Below, piece by piece: positions 1 through 8,187 of a stretch of 10,930 nt of DNA. The stretch comes from Promethearchaeota archaeon. Lineage in GTDB: Archaea > Asgardarchaeota > Lokiarchaeia > Sigyniarchaeales > SOKP01. A program made the position numbers and the translations under genes. Below the pieces are notes generated by a model. The model searched no databases, was not told the DNA's origin, and saw only the letters and a list, made by a program, of their open reading frames with translations. The DNA is taken from assembly GCA_004524535.1 (NCBI GenBank), contig SDNY01000119.1, forward strand, positions 1 to 10,930. The letters run 5' to 3'. Within the stretch, counting starts at the first letter, position 1, and every line of letters starts with the position of its first letter.

Positions 1-55
1 ATCGGGGAAATGAAATAACTTCTAAATTTTCTCTAATTCGGGTTTCATCAATCAT
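1..55 (-). CDS. M28-family peptidase paralog, N-terminal 18 codons only (runs off the window edge)
   Basis: Hand translation from ATG at 55 gives MIDETRIRENLEVISFPR, 12/18 identical to the N-terminus of the 5417-6541 protein (MIDGNRIKENLEEFVFPR). Not in the ORF track. Confidence 0.8.
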   Translation of the reverse strand, partial: MIDETRIRENLEVISFPR

Positions 56-166
56 TAATCAAAGACATCTAAATTTTTCAATTAACTTATATATTCTTAT
101 CTGTTCTAGTAAAATTAAATTATATCATTAATTTTATTGTTTAAAATTTTATAATGAAAATTATTT

Positions 167-337
167 TTGACAACAACTATATATTGGTTTTCGGGAACTG
201 GCAATTCGTTAAAAATTGCAAGAGATCTTGCTGAAAAACTAGGAGATGCTGAATTAATACCAATCGCAAAAATTTGGCAACAAGAGTCTATTACTTCCAA
301 TACTGTAAAAGATATTATAAGTCAAAAACAGGAATAG
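167..337 (+). pseudogene. Internally deleted EFR1-type flavodoxin/ferredoxin remnant (56 aa)
   Basis: TTG167..TAG337 translates to MTTTIYWFSGTGNSLKIARDLAEKLGDAELIPIAKIWQQESITSNTVKDIISQKQE. It has the flavodoxin phosphate-loop motif FSGTGNS, followed directly by a TVKDIISQK tail resembling EFR1-family C-termini. There are no Cys/4Fe-4S motifs and most of the flavodoxin fold is missing. Confidence 0.75.
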
Positions 338-377
338 TCATAACCTTCTCTTCTACAGTTGACTTAAATAATTTTTC

Positions 378-387
378 GTTATATAAC
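378..387 (+). promoter_or_regulatory. Candidate TATA box (TTATATAA) within the perfect palindrome GTTATATAAC upstream of the ThDP enzyme
   Basis: 10-bp palindrome lying 45 nt before ATG433. The AT-rich background lowers its significance. Confidence 0.35.
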
Positions 388-432
388 AATAAATTAATCT
401 AAAATTAAACTGCAAAATAATAATTGATAACT

Positions 433-2256
433 ATGGTAAAATATACAGGAGGAGAAATAATCTCAAAATATTTAATTAAAGAAGGTGTTAAATACATTGT
501 AGGTATACCTGGACATGGGAACTTACCCGTCGTAGACGCATTCTATAAGGATAAGGATAAATTAACTCTTATACAACCAAAGCAAGAAATGTCTGGAGTA
601 CATTTAGCAGTAGGCTATTATAGAATAACTGATAAACCACTTATAGTATTTACATCAATAGGTCCTGGAGCCATTAATACAGCAATCGGACTTGCCGATG
701 CGTATGTGGATTCATTTCCAGTACTCGTTTTAAACGGCAATACACACACTCACATGCGGGGTAAAGGCGTTCTTCAAGAAATTGAGCGAAAGAGAGACTC
801 AGATATGCCCCGAATTCTTGAACCTATATGTAAGCGGAATTGGCAGGTCAGTTCCGTAGGACAATTACCAACCATTATGCAACGCGCATTTAATATTATG
901 ATGTCTGGAAGGCGAGGACCATGCGTTATAGATCTTCCTATGGACGTACAAGCTAATGCAATTAATGTAGATATTCCAAAACCATTAGAAAGAAGAATTT
1001 CTGGAATAACTTTGGGCGATCCTAAACAAATTAAAATAGCTGTTGATTTATTAAAAGAAGCAAAAAGGCCTGTGCTATTTTTAGGTGGTGGTATAGTCAC
1101 TGCTAACGCTTTTGAAGAAGTGAAAATAATAGCCGAAAAAATTGGTGCTGCTGTCGTTGTAACTATGATGGCTAAGGATGCATTTCCAAATGATCACCCA
1201 TTATTTTGTTGGTCCGCTGGAAGTAAAGGAACTTTGATTGGTTTGAATATGAGCTCAAAAGCCGATGTAATTCTTGCCGTGGGATGCCGTTTTGCTGACG
1301 AAACTGCGAGTTCATATAAAGATGGTGTTAGTTTTTCAATTCCTCCTACAAAATTAATTCAAATAGATATAGATCCTCATGAAATAGGTAAAAATTATCC
1401 CGTTTCAGTAGGAATTGTTGGAGACGCTAAGGCTTGTTTAAACCAGATTATAGAAGAAATAAACAAACAAGGATATTTTAAAGATTATGAGAATACAGAT
1501 TACTTTAAGGAAATTCAGGAGGAGAAGAAAAAGTGGTTTGCTTTCCTTCACGAATTTCGAGACGATTCTAAGGTTCCAGTCATGATTTCAACAGTGATTC
1601 ATGAAGTAAGAAAATTTTTCGACAGAGATACTGTAATTGTGACTAGTTCTGGAAATATTCAAGCTCAAATGCTTCAAGAACTGGAATTTTACGAGCCAAA
1701 AACTTGTATTACCGCAGGTGGCTTCTCAACTATGGGATATACACTACCCGCTGCTATTGGTGCCAAATTGGGATCTATAGACATAGGAAAACCTGAACGA
1801 AATGTCCTTGGGTTTGTGGGTGACGGAGATTTTATGATGACAATCTCAGAGTTATCTGTTGCGGTTCAATTAGGATTAAAAAACTTTTTTATTATTGTAT
1901 TAAATAACGCTGGCTGGATAGCGATAAAAGACCTTCAACAAGCTGCTTTTGGAGAAGATCGAGGTTATGGAACTGCTTTTGAAGATAAGGATGGAAATAT
2001 GTATTCCCCTGATTTTGCTAAAATAGCTGAAGCTTTCGGGTGTTATGCTGAGAAAATTTCGAAAAAAGAAGAGATTCTCCCAGCATTAGAAAGGGCTGCC
2101 AAATCGGGTAAACCTGCAGTCATTGAAATTTTAGTGAATCGTGAGTTCCCATATACTGGGAGCCCTGCTGTGGGTTGGTGGGATGTACCGATTCCAGAAT
2201 ACCTAACTGAGCGCCGAAAAAAATATGAAGAAGAGATAAAAGGAGAAAGATTATAA
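433..2256 (+). CDS. Thiamine diphosphate-dependent enzyme, acetolactate synthase superfamily, IolD-like
   Basis: ThDP/Mg motif GDGDFMM...NNAG, N-terminal GIPGHGN, catalytic Glu in KQE, TSIGPGAIN, middle domain GCRFADETASS, GFSTMGY, C-terminal GWWDVPIPE. ATG433 is preferred over TTG424. Confidence 0.9.
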   Translation: MVKYTGGEIISKYLIKEGVKYIVGIPGHGNLPVVDAFYKDKDKLTLIQPKQEMSGVHLAVGYYRITDKPLIVFTSIGPGAINTAIGLADAYVDSFPVLVLNGNTHTHMRGKGVLQEIERKRDSDMPRILEPICKRNWQVSSVGQLPTIMQRAFNIMMSGRRGPCVIDLPMDVQANAINVDIPKPLERRISGITLGDPKQIKIAVDLLKEAKRPVLFLGGGIVTANAFEEVKIIAEKIGAAVVVTMMAKDAFPNDHPLFCWSAGSKGTLIGLNMSSKADVILAVGCRFADETASSYKDGVSFSIPPTKLIQIDIDPHEIGKNYPVSVGIVGDAKACLNQIIEEINKQGYFKDYENTDYFKEIQEEKKKWFAFLHEFRDDSKVPVMISTVIHEVRKFFDRDTVIVTSSGNIQAQMLQELEFYEPKTCITAGGFSTMGYTLPAAIGAKLGSIDIGKPERNVLGFVGDGDFMMTISELSVAVQLGLKNFFIIVLNNAGWIAIKDLQQAAFGEDRGYGTAFEDKDGNMYSPDFAKIAEAFGCYAEKISKKEEILPALERAAKSGKPAVIEILVNREFPYTGSPAVGWWDVPIPEYLTERRKKYEEEIKGERL

Positions 2257-2280
2257 AATTTATTTAATGGAACCCTAAGA

Positions 2281-3474
2281 ATGAATAATTCATTGACTCC
2301 AGAGAAGATCCTAGATAATGTAATTAATAATAATCTTAGTTATAATGAGGCAATAGAGTTATTAATCTCTATAATTGAAGTTAGTGAATGTGAGAGTGTA
2401 AGAGTCAAATGTATAGATGTCTTTAGTAAGATAGACGTAAAAAATAACAAAATCTTTAAAATCCTGGAAAATCATTTATTATCCGACGAAAGCCCATCGG
2501 TAAGGGGCGCCGCCGCTAAAGTATTAGTATCCAAATTTCCAAAAGATAGCATAGATCCGTTAAGATGGACAATTCAGCGCGATAATTCTGCTATTGTATT
2601 AAAAACAATAGCATATTCTTTAGAAAATGCAGACAACCAGAATTTTAAAATTTTAAAGAAAGAACTAACTGCTAATTTTGAGAGAATTGCGGCAATTTAC
2701 GGAATAATTCCAGAAGAATTATTATTACTTTTAAATTTAGAATTTGATCTTGACTTTTTTAATGAATCTAGGTCAAGCTCGGTTTTTGGCGTTAGATATG
2801 GCAGTCTAAAAAGTTTTGCGTTAAGAAATGGTCACGTAAATGCTTTACATCTTGTGAGGTTAAAAGATCTTCCAGAATCAATAGGATCTTTCAATTACTT
2901 ACAATATCTAAATGTAAGCAATAATAACCTCAATCAGATACCTAAATCCATAGGATCGCTCACTTCTCTTAAAGTACTATGGTTGAGTAATAATAACATT
3001 AAAAACATTCCTGAATCAATAGGATCTCTAAAATCCTTGGCATCATTAAAATTGGATAATAATAACCTTCAAGAAATACCCAAGTCCATAAAAAATTTAA
3101 CTAATCTCAAATATTTAGATTTAAAAAATAATAAAATTCAAGAAATTCCTTACATCATAGAGTCTCTTAAATTCTTAGAACAATTAGACTTAAGACAAAA
3201 TAGAATTGAAAAAATTCCTGGGGCAATAGGTTCACTAGCTTCACTTGAAGAATTATGGTTAAGTCATAATAAAATTCAAAAAATTCCTGAAAGATTAAAA
3301 GATCTTAAGAATTTAAAATATTTAGATTTAGGACACAACAATATCCAAGAAATTCCTGAATCATTAGGCTCATTTAAGTCATTAGTTTCTTTAAATTTAA
3401 CTGAAAATTTTATTCAAAATATTCCACAATCAATAGAAGATTTAAAAAAAAGAAATATAAAAATTTTATTTTGA
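2281..3474 (+). CDS. HEAT-like N-terminal region plus leucine-rich repeat protein
   Basis: N-terminal HEAT-like helices (LENHLLSDESPSVRGAAAKVL). The C-terminal half has 8 complete 23-aa LRRs (IPxSIGxLxxLxxLxLxxNxIxx). Confidence 0.92.
   Translation: MNNSLTPEKILDNVINNNLSYNEAIELLISIIEVSECESVRVKCIDVFSKIDVKNNKIFKILENHLLSDESPSVRGAAAKVLVSKFPKDSIDPLRWTIQRDNSAIVLKTIAYSLENADNQNFKILKKELTANFERIAAIYGIIPEELLLLLNLEFDLDFFNESRSSSVFGVRYGSLKSFALRNGHVNALHLVRLKDLPESIGSFNYLQYLNVSNNNLNQIPKSIGSLTSLKVLWLSNNNIKNIPESIGSLKSLASLKLDNNNLQEIPKSIKNLTNLKYLDLKNNKIQEIPYIIESLKFLEQLDLRQNRIEKIPGAIGSLASLEELWLSHNKIQKIPERLKDLKNLKYLDLGHNNIQEIPESLGSFKSLVSLNLTENFIQNIPQSIEDLKKRNIKILF
2869..3420 (+). repeat. Eight tandem degenerate 69-bp units encoding LRRs
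   Basis: Units start at LPESIG (2869) and recur every 69 nt. A partial ninth unit (IPQSIEDL) starts at 3421. Confidence 0.9.
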
Positions 3475-3517
3475 TGGAAGGGCAATTATCATTATCCAAA
3501 CTATTTTCTTGACTTTA

Positions 3518-3733
3518 TTATTTAGGGGAAAAACCTGGGGCACCATCTTTAAATTTTTCTGAAGCGGGTTCACCTCCAATCCCCCAATGAGTTCTGGGGA
3601 CTTCGTGGACAATTACTTCAACAGCGTGCTGAGGTACGCCTAAATCAACAAAAACCTGAGTAATTCTCTCAATAACGATTTTAACTCTATCTTCACCAAA
3701 TCCTTTCCATACATTTACATGAATAGTCGGCAT
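3518..3733 (-). CDS. 4-oxalocrotonate tautomerase family protein
   Basis: 71 aa; N-terminal M-P gives the catalytic Pro1 after Met removal; PxxAVEVIVHEVPxxHWGIGG motif. Confidence 0.9.
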   Translation of the reverse strand: MPTIHVNVWKGFGEDRVKIVIERITQVFVDLGVPQHAVEVIVHEVPRTHWGIGGEPASEKFKDGAPGFSPK

Positions 3734-3787
3734 TGATTTAACTCTATTTTATAAATTTTAATAATTATTATTTAAAATTATACAATT

Positions 3788-5332
3788 TTAATTTTTGTTA
3801 TAAATCGAATATTGATTATCTAATTTTTCTTTAAATTGCTGAGAGAAATTAAACCTTTTTGCGTAAAAATCGAAAATTACCTCATCTATAACTTTTTGGT
3901 CATTTTTATGGTCGTAATTTAAATCCTTCTTTTTTTTTTCAATTATTTTTTTAACCTTACTTTCCACTTTTTCTTTTGTTTCATTGTCGGGCAAAATAAA
4001 AGGTAAAGCGTGAATTCCAGTTAATTGAATACTATTTGTATTATTTATAATGCCATTCATAAGGTAATTATATAAAGAGCAGTTTAAAAGACCAAGAGCA
4101 TATTCTATTGAGAGTGAATTATTTTCTATAATAAAGCCAATTGCCTTATTTGAATCCCAGTAACATCCTTTAGGCATATATCGAGCTGCCAATCTTGAGC
4201 TTACACCGCTTATTACAATACCTTCTCTCTCAAAAGGAACATTTTCAGGAATATCGTAAATTGGAATTGATTTTTCATCCCAAATTAATGCTTCCATGAT
4301 TGGGCGATAATATTGATCATTACCTCCCCGTTTCATATAGGGCTTCCATTTTGTAGTTTCTAGAAGAGCTTTTGAGATAATTTTATGTTTTTTGTTTGAA
4401 TTGGTTATTTTTTTATTTCTTTTTTCAAAAATTTCTGCTAATTCAGTTCCCTCCACAGCAGCAATATATTTTAAATTATTATGAGTATGCATACCAATAT
4501 TTCCCTTTATGTATTCTTCTAATTTGGGTGATTTTTCAAATAAATCTATAACCTCTTCTTCGATATCAGTAAAGAATAAATTAAAAGGTAATAAATGATA
4601 TCTTTTTTGCTTAAATTCATGAACTATTTTTAGATTATTATAATCATCTTCACTCTCAATCCGAGGTATGATTCTCATAATATTTTCTGATCGATTTATT
4701 CTATTTTCTTTTCCAGAACATTTTTCTAAAATAGTTATAACTGTAGATATACTTACATTTTGACTATCAAACAAATTTTTAGGCACTAAGAGGATTTCCT
4801 TGATTTTGCATGTACTAAGGATAAATTTTCTTAATCTCGTATGTGTATTTAATGTCAAAAAAGAGTCGCTTGTTATAAATCCAAGTCTTCCTCCTTGTTT
4901 TAATCTCCATATACTACTTACTATAAACATTGAATAAGTCTCATGAGCATTAATCTTTCCAAAGATCTTATGTAATTTTTTTTTATTCTTTTTTACATAT
5001 TGACTTGATTTGTTTAGGTAGGGTGGATTAGCTATAATCACATCAAATTGAAAACTTAATAGGGGAGTATAAGATAACAAATAATCTTGATCCGTAAAAG
5101 AAATTCCAAGATCTTTCATTTTTTTTTTATAATCTGGATTAATATCATAAGTTTGAATTTGATCTGATTTGACTCCAGATTTTAATAATTCTTCAATAAA
5201 AATACCCGGTCCAACACAAGGATCTAAAATTTTTTCATCTCTCCTAAATGGGGCTAAACGAGAAATGATATATTCTGCTGTTTTAGTAGGAGTTAAAACT
5301 AAACCTAATTCTTTATTGTTTAATTTATTAAT
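3788..5332 (-). CDS. Gamma-class amino (N6-adenine-type) DNA methyltransferase, TaqI/Eco57I-like, about 514 aa; start codon uncertain
   Basis: The frame is open upstream of ATG5119 as far as TGA at 5338-5336 and encodes motif X (ELGLVLTP), motif I (ILDPCVGPGIF) and motif II (YDINP). These are followed by DYLL, FDVIIANPPY (motif IV), LKQGGRLGFIT and a C-terminal TaqI-like specificity region (YALGLLNCSLYNY...IHALP). Confidence 0.85.
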   Translation of the reverse strand: MNKLNNKELGLVLTPTKTAEYIISRLAPFRRDEKILDPCVGPGIFIEELLKSGVKSDQIQTYDINPDYKKKMKDLGISFTDQDYLLSYTPLLSFQFDVIIANPPYLNKSSQYVKKNKKKLHKIFGKINAHETYSMFIVSSIWRLKQGGRLGFITSDSFLTLNTHTRLRKFILSTCKIKEILLVPKNLFDSQNVSISTVITILEKCSGKENRINRSENIMRIIPRIESEDDYNNLKIVHEFKQKRYHLLPFNLFFTDIEEEVIDLFEKSPKLEEYIKGNIGMHTHNNLKYIAAVEGTELAEIFEKRNKKITNSNKKHKIISKALLETTKWKPYMKRGGNDQYYRPIMEALIWDEKSIPIYDIPENVPFEREGIVISGVSSRLAARYMPKGCYWDSNKAIGFIIENNSLSIEYALGLLNCSLYNYLMNGIINNTNSIQLTGIHALPFILPDNETKEKVESKVKKIIEKKKKDLNYDHKNDQKVIDEVIFDFYAKRFNFSQQFKEKLDNQYSIYNKN

Positions 5333-5357
5333 TGCTCAACACTCCTTCACTTAATAT

Positions 5358-5365
5358 TCTATAAA
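5358..5365 (-). promoter_or_regulatory. Candidate TATA box (TTTATAGA) for the methyltransferase
   Basis: Lies 25 nt upstream of ATT5332, the same spacing as the TATA-to-ATG distance of the dehydratase gene, and is preceded by purine-rich sequence. Confidence 0.4.
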
Positions 5366-5416
5366 TCTCGAATCTTTTCATTACTTCATCTAAATAAAAT
5401 TACAGCAATCAATTAT

Positions 5417-6541
5417 TTATCTATTGGTATTATTATCAATTCTATTTATTACATCTATTATATGTTTACAAAGCTTTTCTAAAAGAAAAGTATCGACTTT
5501 ATCAATAGTATCGTTGATTGTGTGAACATACTTATACGAACTCTGATCTCCAAAACCAAATCCCCTGAAATTTTTCTTTTTAAGATAATAAGCATCACTA
5601 CGCCCAGTTCTGATAAATTTTTTTTTTGTATGGATAAAAGCATTCAAATTTTCCGCATTCTTAAAATGAATTGCTCTTTCTGTAGAAGTCCATACATCTA
5701 AACCTCTACCAATAGTATCAAAATTAAACATAATAGATTTTTCCCTCTCTAAATGCTCTATAATCTTATAAAAATTTCGAATTCCCATTGTTCCTGTTTC
5801 TTCTGCGCCTGTAAATATAAACCATAAATTATAATTCTTTAATCTAAACTTTGGATTGGAATAATGATTTAATAATTCTAAAACAGTAACAATTCCAGAA
5901 GCGTTATCAGTGGCACCTGGAGATTTATTATTAGTAATATTTAAATCAATCATAACTGTTGAAATAAGGTTAATTCCTATAGGGACTATTCCTATAATAT
6001 AAAGCCAAAAACTATATTGAGTGAATAAAATATTCTTAAATATAATTATAATTAATCCAAATATCAGTGAATAAACCCATAATTTAAAAAATAATCCACG
6101 ATATTTAATAGGTAATCTTTGTCCTTTCGAATCTAAATGGCAAAGAAATAAAATATTTTTATTCTTATTTTCTTCTTCTAGACTAACATATAGATTTTGA
6201 GATCTCCTCTTTTTTCCTATTTTGATATTCTCTGGATTTCTGGTAATAAAATATATTGGAATATAAATTAATAGGATAATTGCTAAGTTTATAAAAAAGA
6301 AAAGATACCCAAAATTCAAATATAATACAAATAGAAGCCAAAAACCCAGTGTGAAGACTAATTTTTGATAGACTCTCGGATAAAATGTAGTAAATGAAAA
6401 TTCTTGAACCAAAGGACTTAATTGTAGTTTTTCTATCTTCTTTTTGGCAATTTTAAAAGCTTTTTTCTCGTTTTCAGTTCCACTTAATCGTGGAAATACA
6501 AATTCTTCTAAATTTTCTTTTATTCGGTTTCCATCGATCAT
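5417..6541 (-). CDS. M28-family zinc metallopeptidase with about 4 internal transmembrane helices
   Basis: Metal-ligand motifs CHLDS, GATDNASG, GAEETG, NFDTIG, RSD and YVHTINDT. Two long hydrophobic stretches lie before HLD and between HLD and DNASG. Confidence 0.88.
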   Translation of the reverse strand: MIDGNRIKENLEEFVFPRLSGTENEKKAFKIAKKKIEKLQLSPLVQEFSFTTFYPRVYQKLVFTLGFWLLFVLYLNFGYLFFFINLAIILLIYIPIYFITRNPENIKIGKKRRSQNLYVSLEEENKNKNILFLCHLDSKGQRLPIKYRGLFFKLWVYSLIFGLIIIIFKNILFTQYSFWLYIIGIVPIGINLISTVMIDLNITNNKSPGATDNASGIVTVLELLNHYSNPKFRLKNYNLWFIFTGAEETGTMGIRNFYKIIEHLEREKSIMFNFDTIGRGLDVWTSTERAIHFKNAENLNAFIHTKKKFIRTGRSDAYYLKKKNFRGFGFGDQSSYKYVHTINDTIDKVDTFLLEKLCKHIIDVINRIDNNTNR

Positions 6542-6570
6542 AAATGTAATTTATTAATTTTTAATAGATT

Positions 6571-6587
6571 AAAAAAACATTTAATAA
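6571..6587 (+). promoter_or_regulatory. Candidate BRE/TATA (AAAAAAACA-TTTAATAA) for the GH51 gene
   Basis: The TATA-like 8-mer at 6580-6587 ends 22 nt before ATG6610, consistent with a leaderless archaeal transcript. It lies in the 68-nt divergent intergenic region. Confidence 0.5.
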
Positions 6588-6609
6588 AAATTATTTAATT
6601 TAATTACCA

Positions 6610-8184
6610 ATGACAAATGAAAATAAAATTAGGATTAATGTAGGTTCTCCTAAAAAACCTATTGATCCGATGATCTATAGTAATTTTATTGAACATTTAG
6701 GCGAATGCATTCATAATGGGCTATGGGCGCACGATCCTGTCAATGTTTCATTAGTTACACATAATCCATTCTTAATAGGGATGAGACAAGACGTTTTGCA
6801 AGCGGTAAAAGATTTGAAACTCACCGTCTTAAGAGCGTTTGGAGGATGCTATTCAGATGTATATCATTGGAAGGATGCAATCGGTCCGAGAAGTTCACGA
6901 AAAATTGTCAAAAATTTACATTGGGGAGCAGAAGATATTGGTTTGGTTAAAATAATTGGTAAAATTGAAGGAATTGGACCAGATATTGAAAATCAATTTG
7001 GTACTGATGAATTCCTAACTTTTTGCGAGGAAATTGGTGCAAAACCATATCTCAATGTAAATTATGGTACGGGCACACCTGAAGAGAGTGCAGATTGGGT
7101 CGAATATTGTAATGGCTCTGTTGATACCGAATATGGTGCCTTAAGAGCTAAAAATGGGAGGAAAGAACCTTATAATGTTAAAATTTGGGGAATCGCCAAC
7201 GAGATCTTTGGCTTTTGGGAGCCAGGATACGAAAAATTACCCGAGAATTATGCAAAGAAATATCTTCAATTCGCAAAGAAAATGAGAGAAAAAGATCCAA
7301 CAATTAAATTAGTCGCTTGTGGCTATGAAAATTCTGATTGGAATCGAACTGTTTTAAAACATATTGGAGAAGAATGGGTTGACGCCATTAGCATCCATCT
7401 CTACCTCCCATTTGGAGCTGGAAAGGTAACTGGTAAAAAACACCCTGATAATGAAAGGTGTTATCATGCATTAATGGCATCAAGTCCTGTAATTGAAAAT
7501 TATATTAATGATACATGGAACGATATCGTTGCTGCATTAGGAAAAGATTCTCACGTACGTATAACATTTGACGAATGGGGCGTATGGTATTTATTTAAAG
7601 ATATAATAAAAACTAATTATAACCTACAAGATGGAATTTGGACGGCACTAATTTTGATGACTTTTCAAAAAATGTCAGATAAATGTCCGATGGCTAATTG
7701 GGCTCAGTTAGTTAATTGTATTGGGACTATTCAAACAGATCCAGATGGTTTAATCTTGACTCCAGTTTATTTGGCATTCAAACTGTTTGTCGATCATACG
7801 TATAATAATTATATAGAGAATTTGAACATAAATTGTGAAACGTTTGAATCAAAAAAATTTGGACGTATTCCTAAAGCTAATAATGTTCCATATATCGATT
7901 GTAATGCTACTATTAATGATGAAGGTGATAAATTGTCGATAATGCTTATTAATAAACATTTTACGGAACCATTAAATATCAATCTTGAGATAGAGGGATT
8001 TTCGCCTAAGGAACAAGGAATAATTGTAGAACTAAACAGTCAATCTCCATTTGATTATAACACAATAGAAAATAATCGCAATAAAATTAAATTAGAACAT
8101 AAAGAAATCGACGATGTCAAACCTAATATGACGCTTGAATTACCAGCACATTCAGTTAAGGTTATAAAATTAAACAAGAAATAA
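6610..8184 (+). CDS. Glycoside hydrolase family 51, alpha-L-arabinofuranosidase-like
   Basis: SNFIEHLG, GG...YHWKDAIGP, FGTDEF, WVEYCNG, acid/base ANE, nucleophile FDEW, ANWAQLVN and a C-terminal beta-sandwich ending LPAHSV. No obvious signal peptide. Confidence 0.92.
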   Translation: MTNENKIRINVGSPKKPIDPMIYSNFIEHLGECIHNGLWAHDPVNVSLVTHNPFLIGMRQDVLQAVKDLKLTVLRAFGGCYSDVYHWKDAIGPRSSRKIVKNLHWGAEDIGLVKIIGKIEGIGPDIENQFGTDEFLTFCEEIGAKPYLNVNYGTGTPEESADWVEYCNGSVDTEYGALRAKNGRKEPYNVKIWGIANEIFGFWEPGYEKLPENYAKKYLQFAKKMREKDPTIKLVACGYENSDWNRTVLKHIGEEWVDAISIHLYLPFGAGKVTGKKHPDNERCYHALMASSPVIENYINDTWNDIVAALGKDSHVRITFDEWGVWYLFKDIIKTNYNLQDGIWTALILMTFQKMSDKCPMANWAQLVNCIGTIQTDPDGLILTPVYLAFKLFVDHTYNNYIENLNINCETFESKKFGRIPKANNVPYIDCNATINDEGDKLSIMLINKHFTEPLNINLEIEGFSPKEQGIIVELNSQSPFDYNTIENNRNKIKLEHKEIDDVKPNMTLELPAHSVKVIKLNKK

Positions 8185-8187
8185 TTC

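Noticed and set aside
115-300. 61-aa minus-strand ORF
   Set aside because: Antisense shadow of the flavodoxin-like remnant at 167-337; no recognisable motif.
774-1100. 108-aa minus-strand ORF
   Set aside because: Entirely antisense within the well-supported ThDP enzyme gene.
2869-3420. Periodic repeats as a CRISPR array or DGR template
   Set aside because: They are degenerate in-frame 69-bp LRR coding units with no spacers, and no cas or reverse transcriptase genes are present.
5119-5128. Poly-A tracts in the methyltransferase (also 3930-3939) as phase-variation switches or a frameshift site
   Set aside because: The 10-nt tract is in frame (KKK-M). An equally long tract occurs in the M28 gene (5618-5627), so such runs are expected from Lys codons in an AT-rich genome.
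5336-5350. Selenocysteine reading of GTG AAG GAG TGT TGA (M-K-E-C-U)
   Set aside because: Lokiarchaeia do use Sec, but this TGA is in a non-catalytic N-terminal position. I see no SECIS-like hairpin in the 54-nt AT-rich region downstream of the gene, and the TATA position disfavours GTG5350.
5169-5354. 61-aa plus-strand ORF
   Set aside because: Antisense to the real methyltransferase N-terminal extension carrying motifs X and I.
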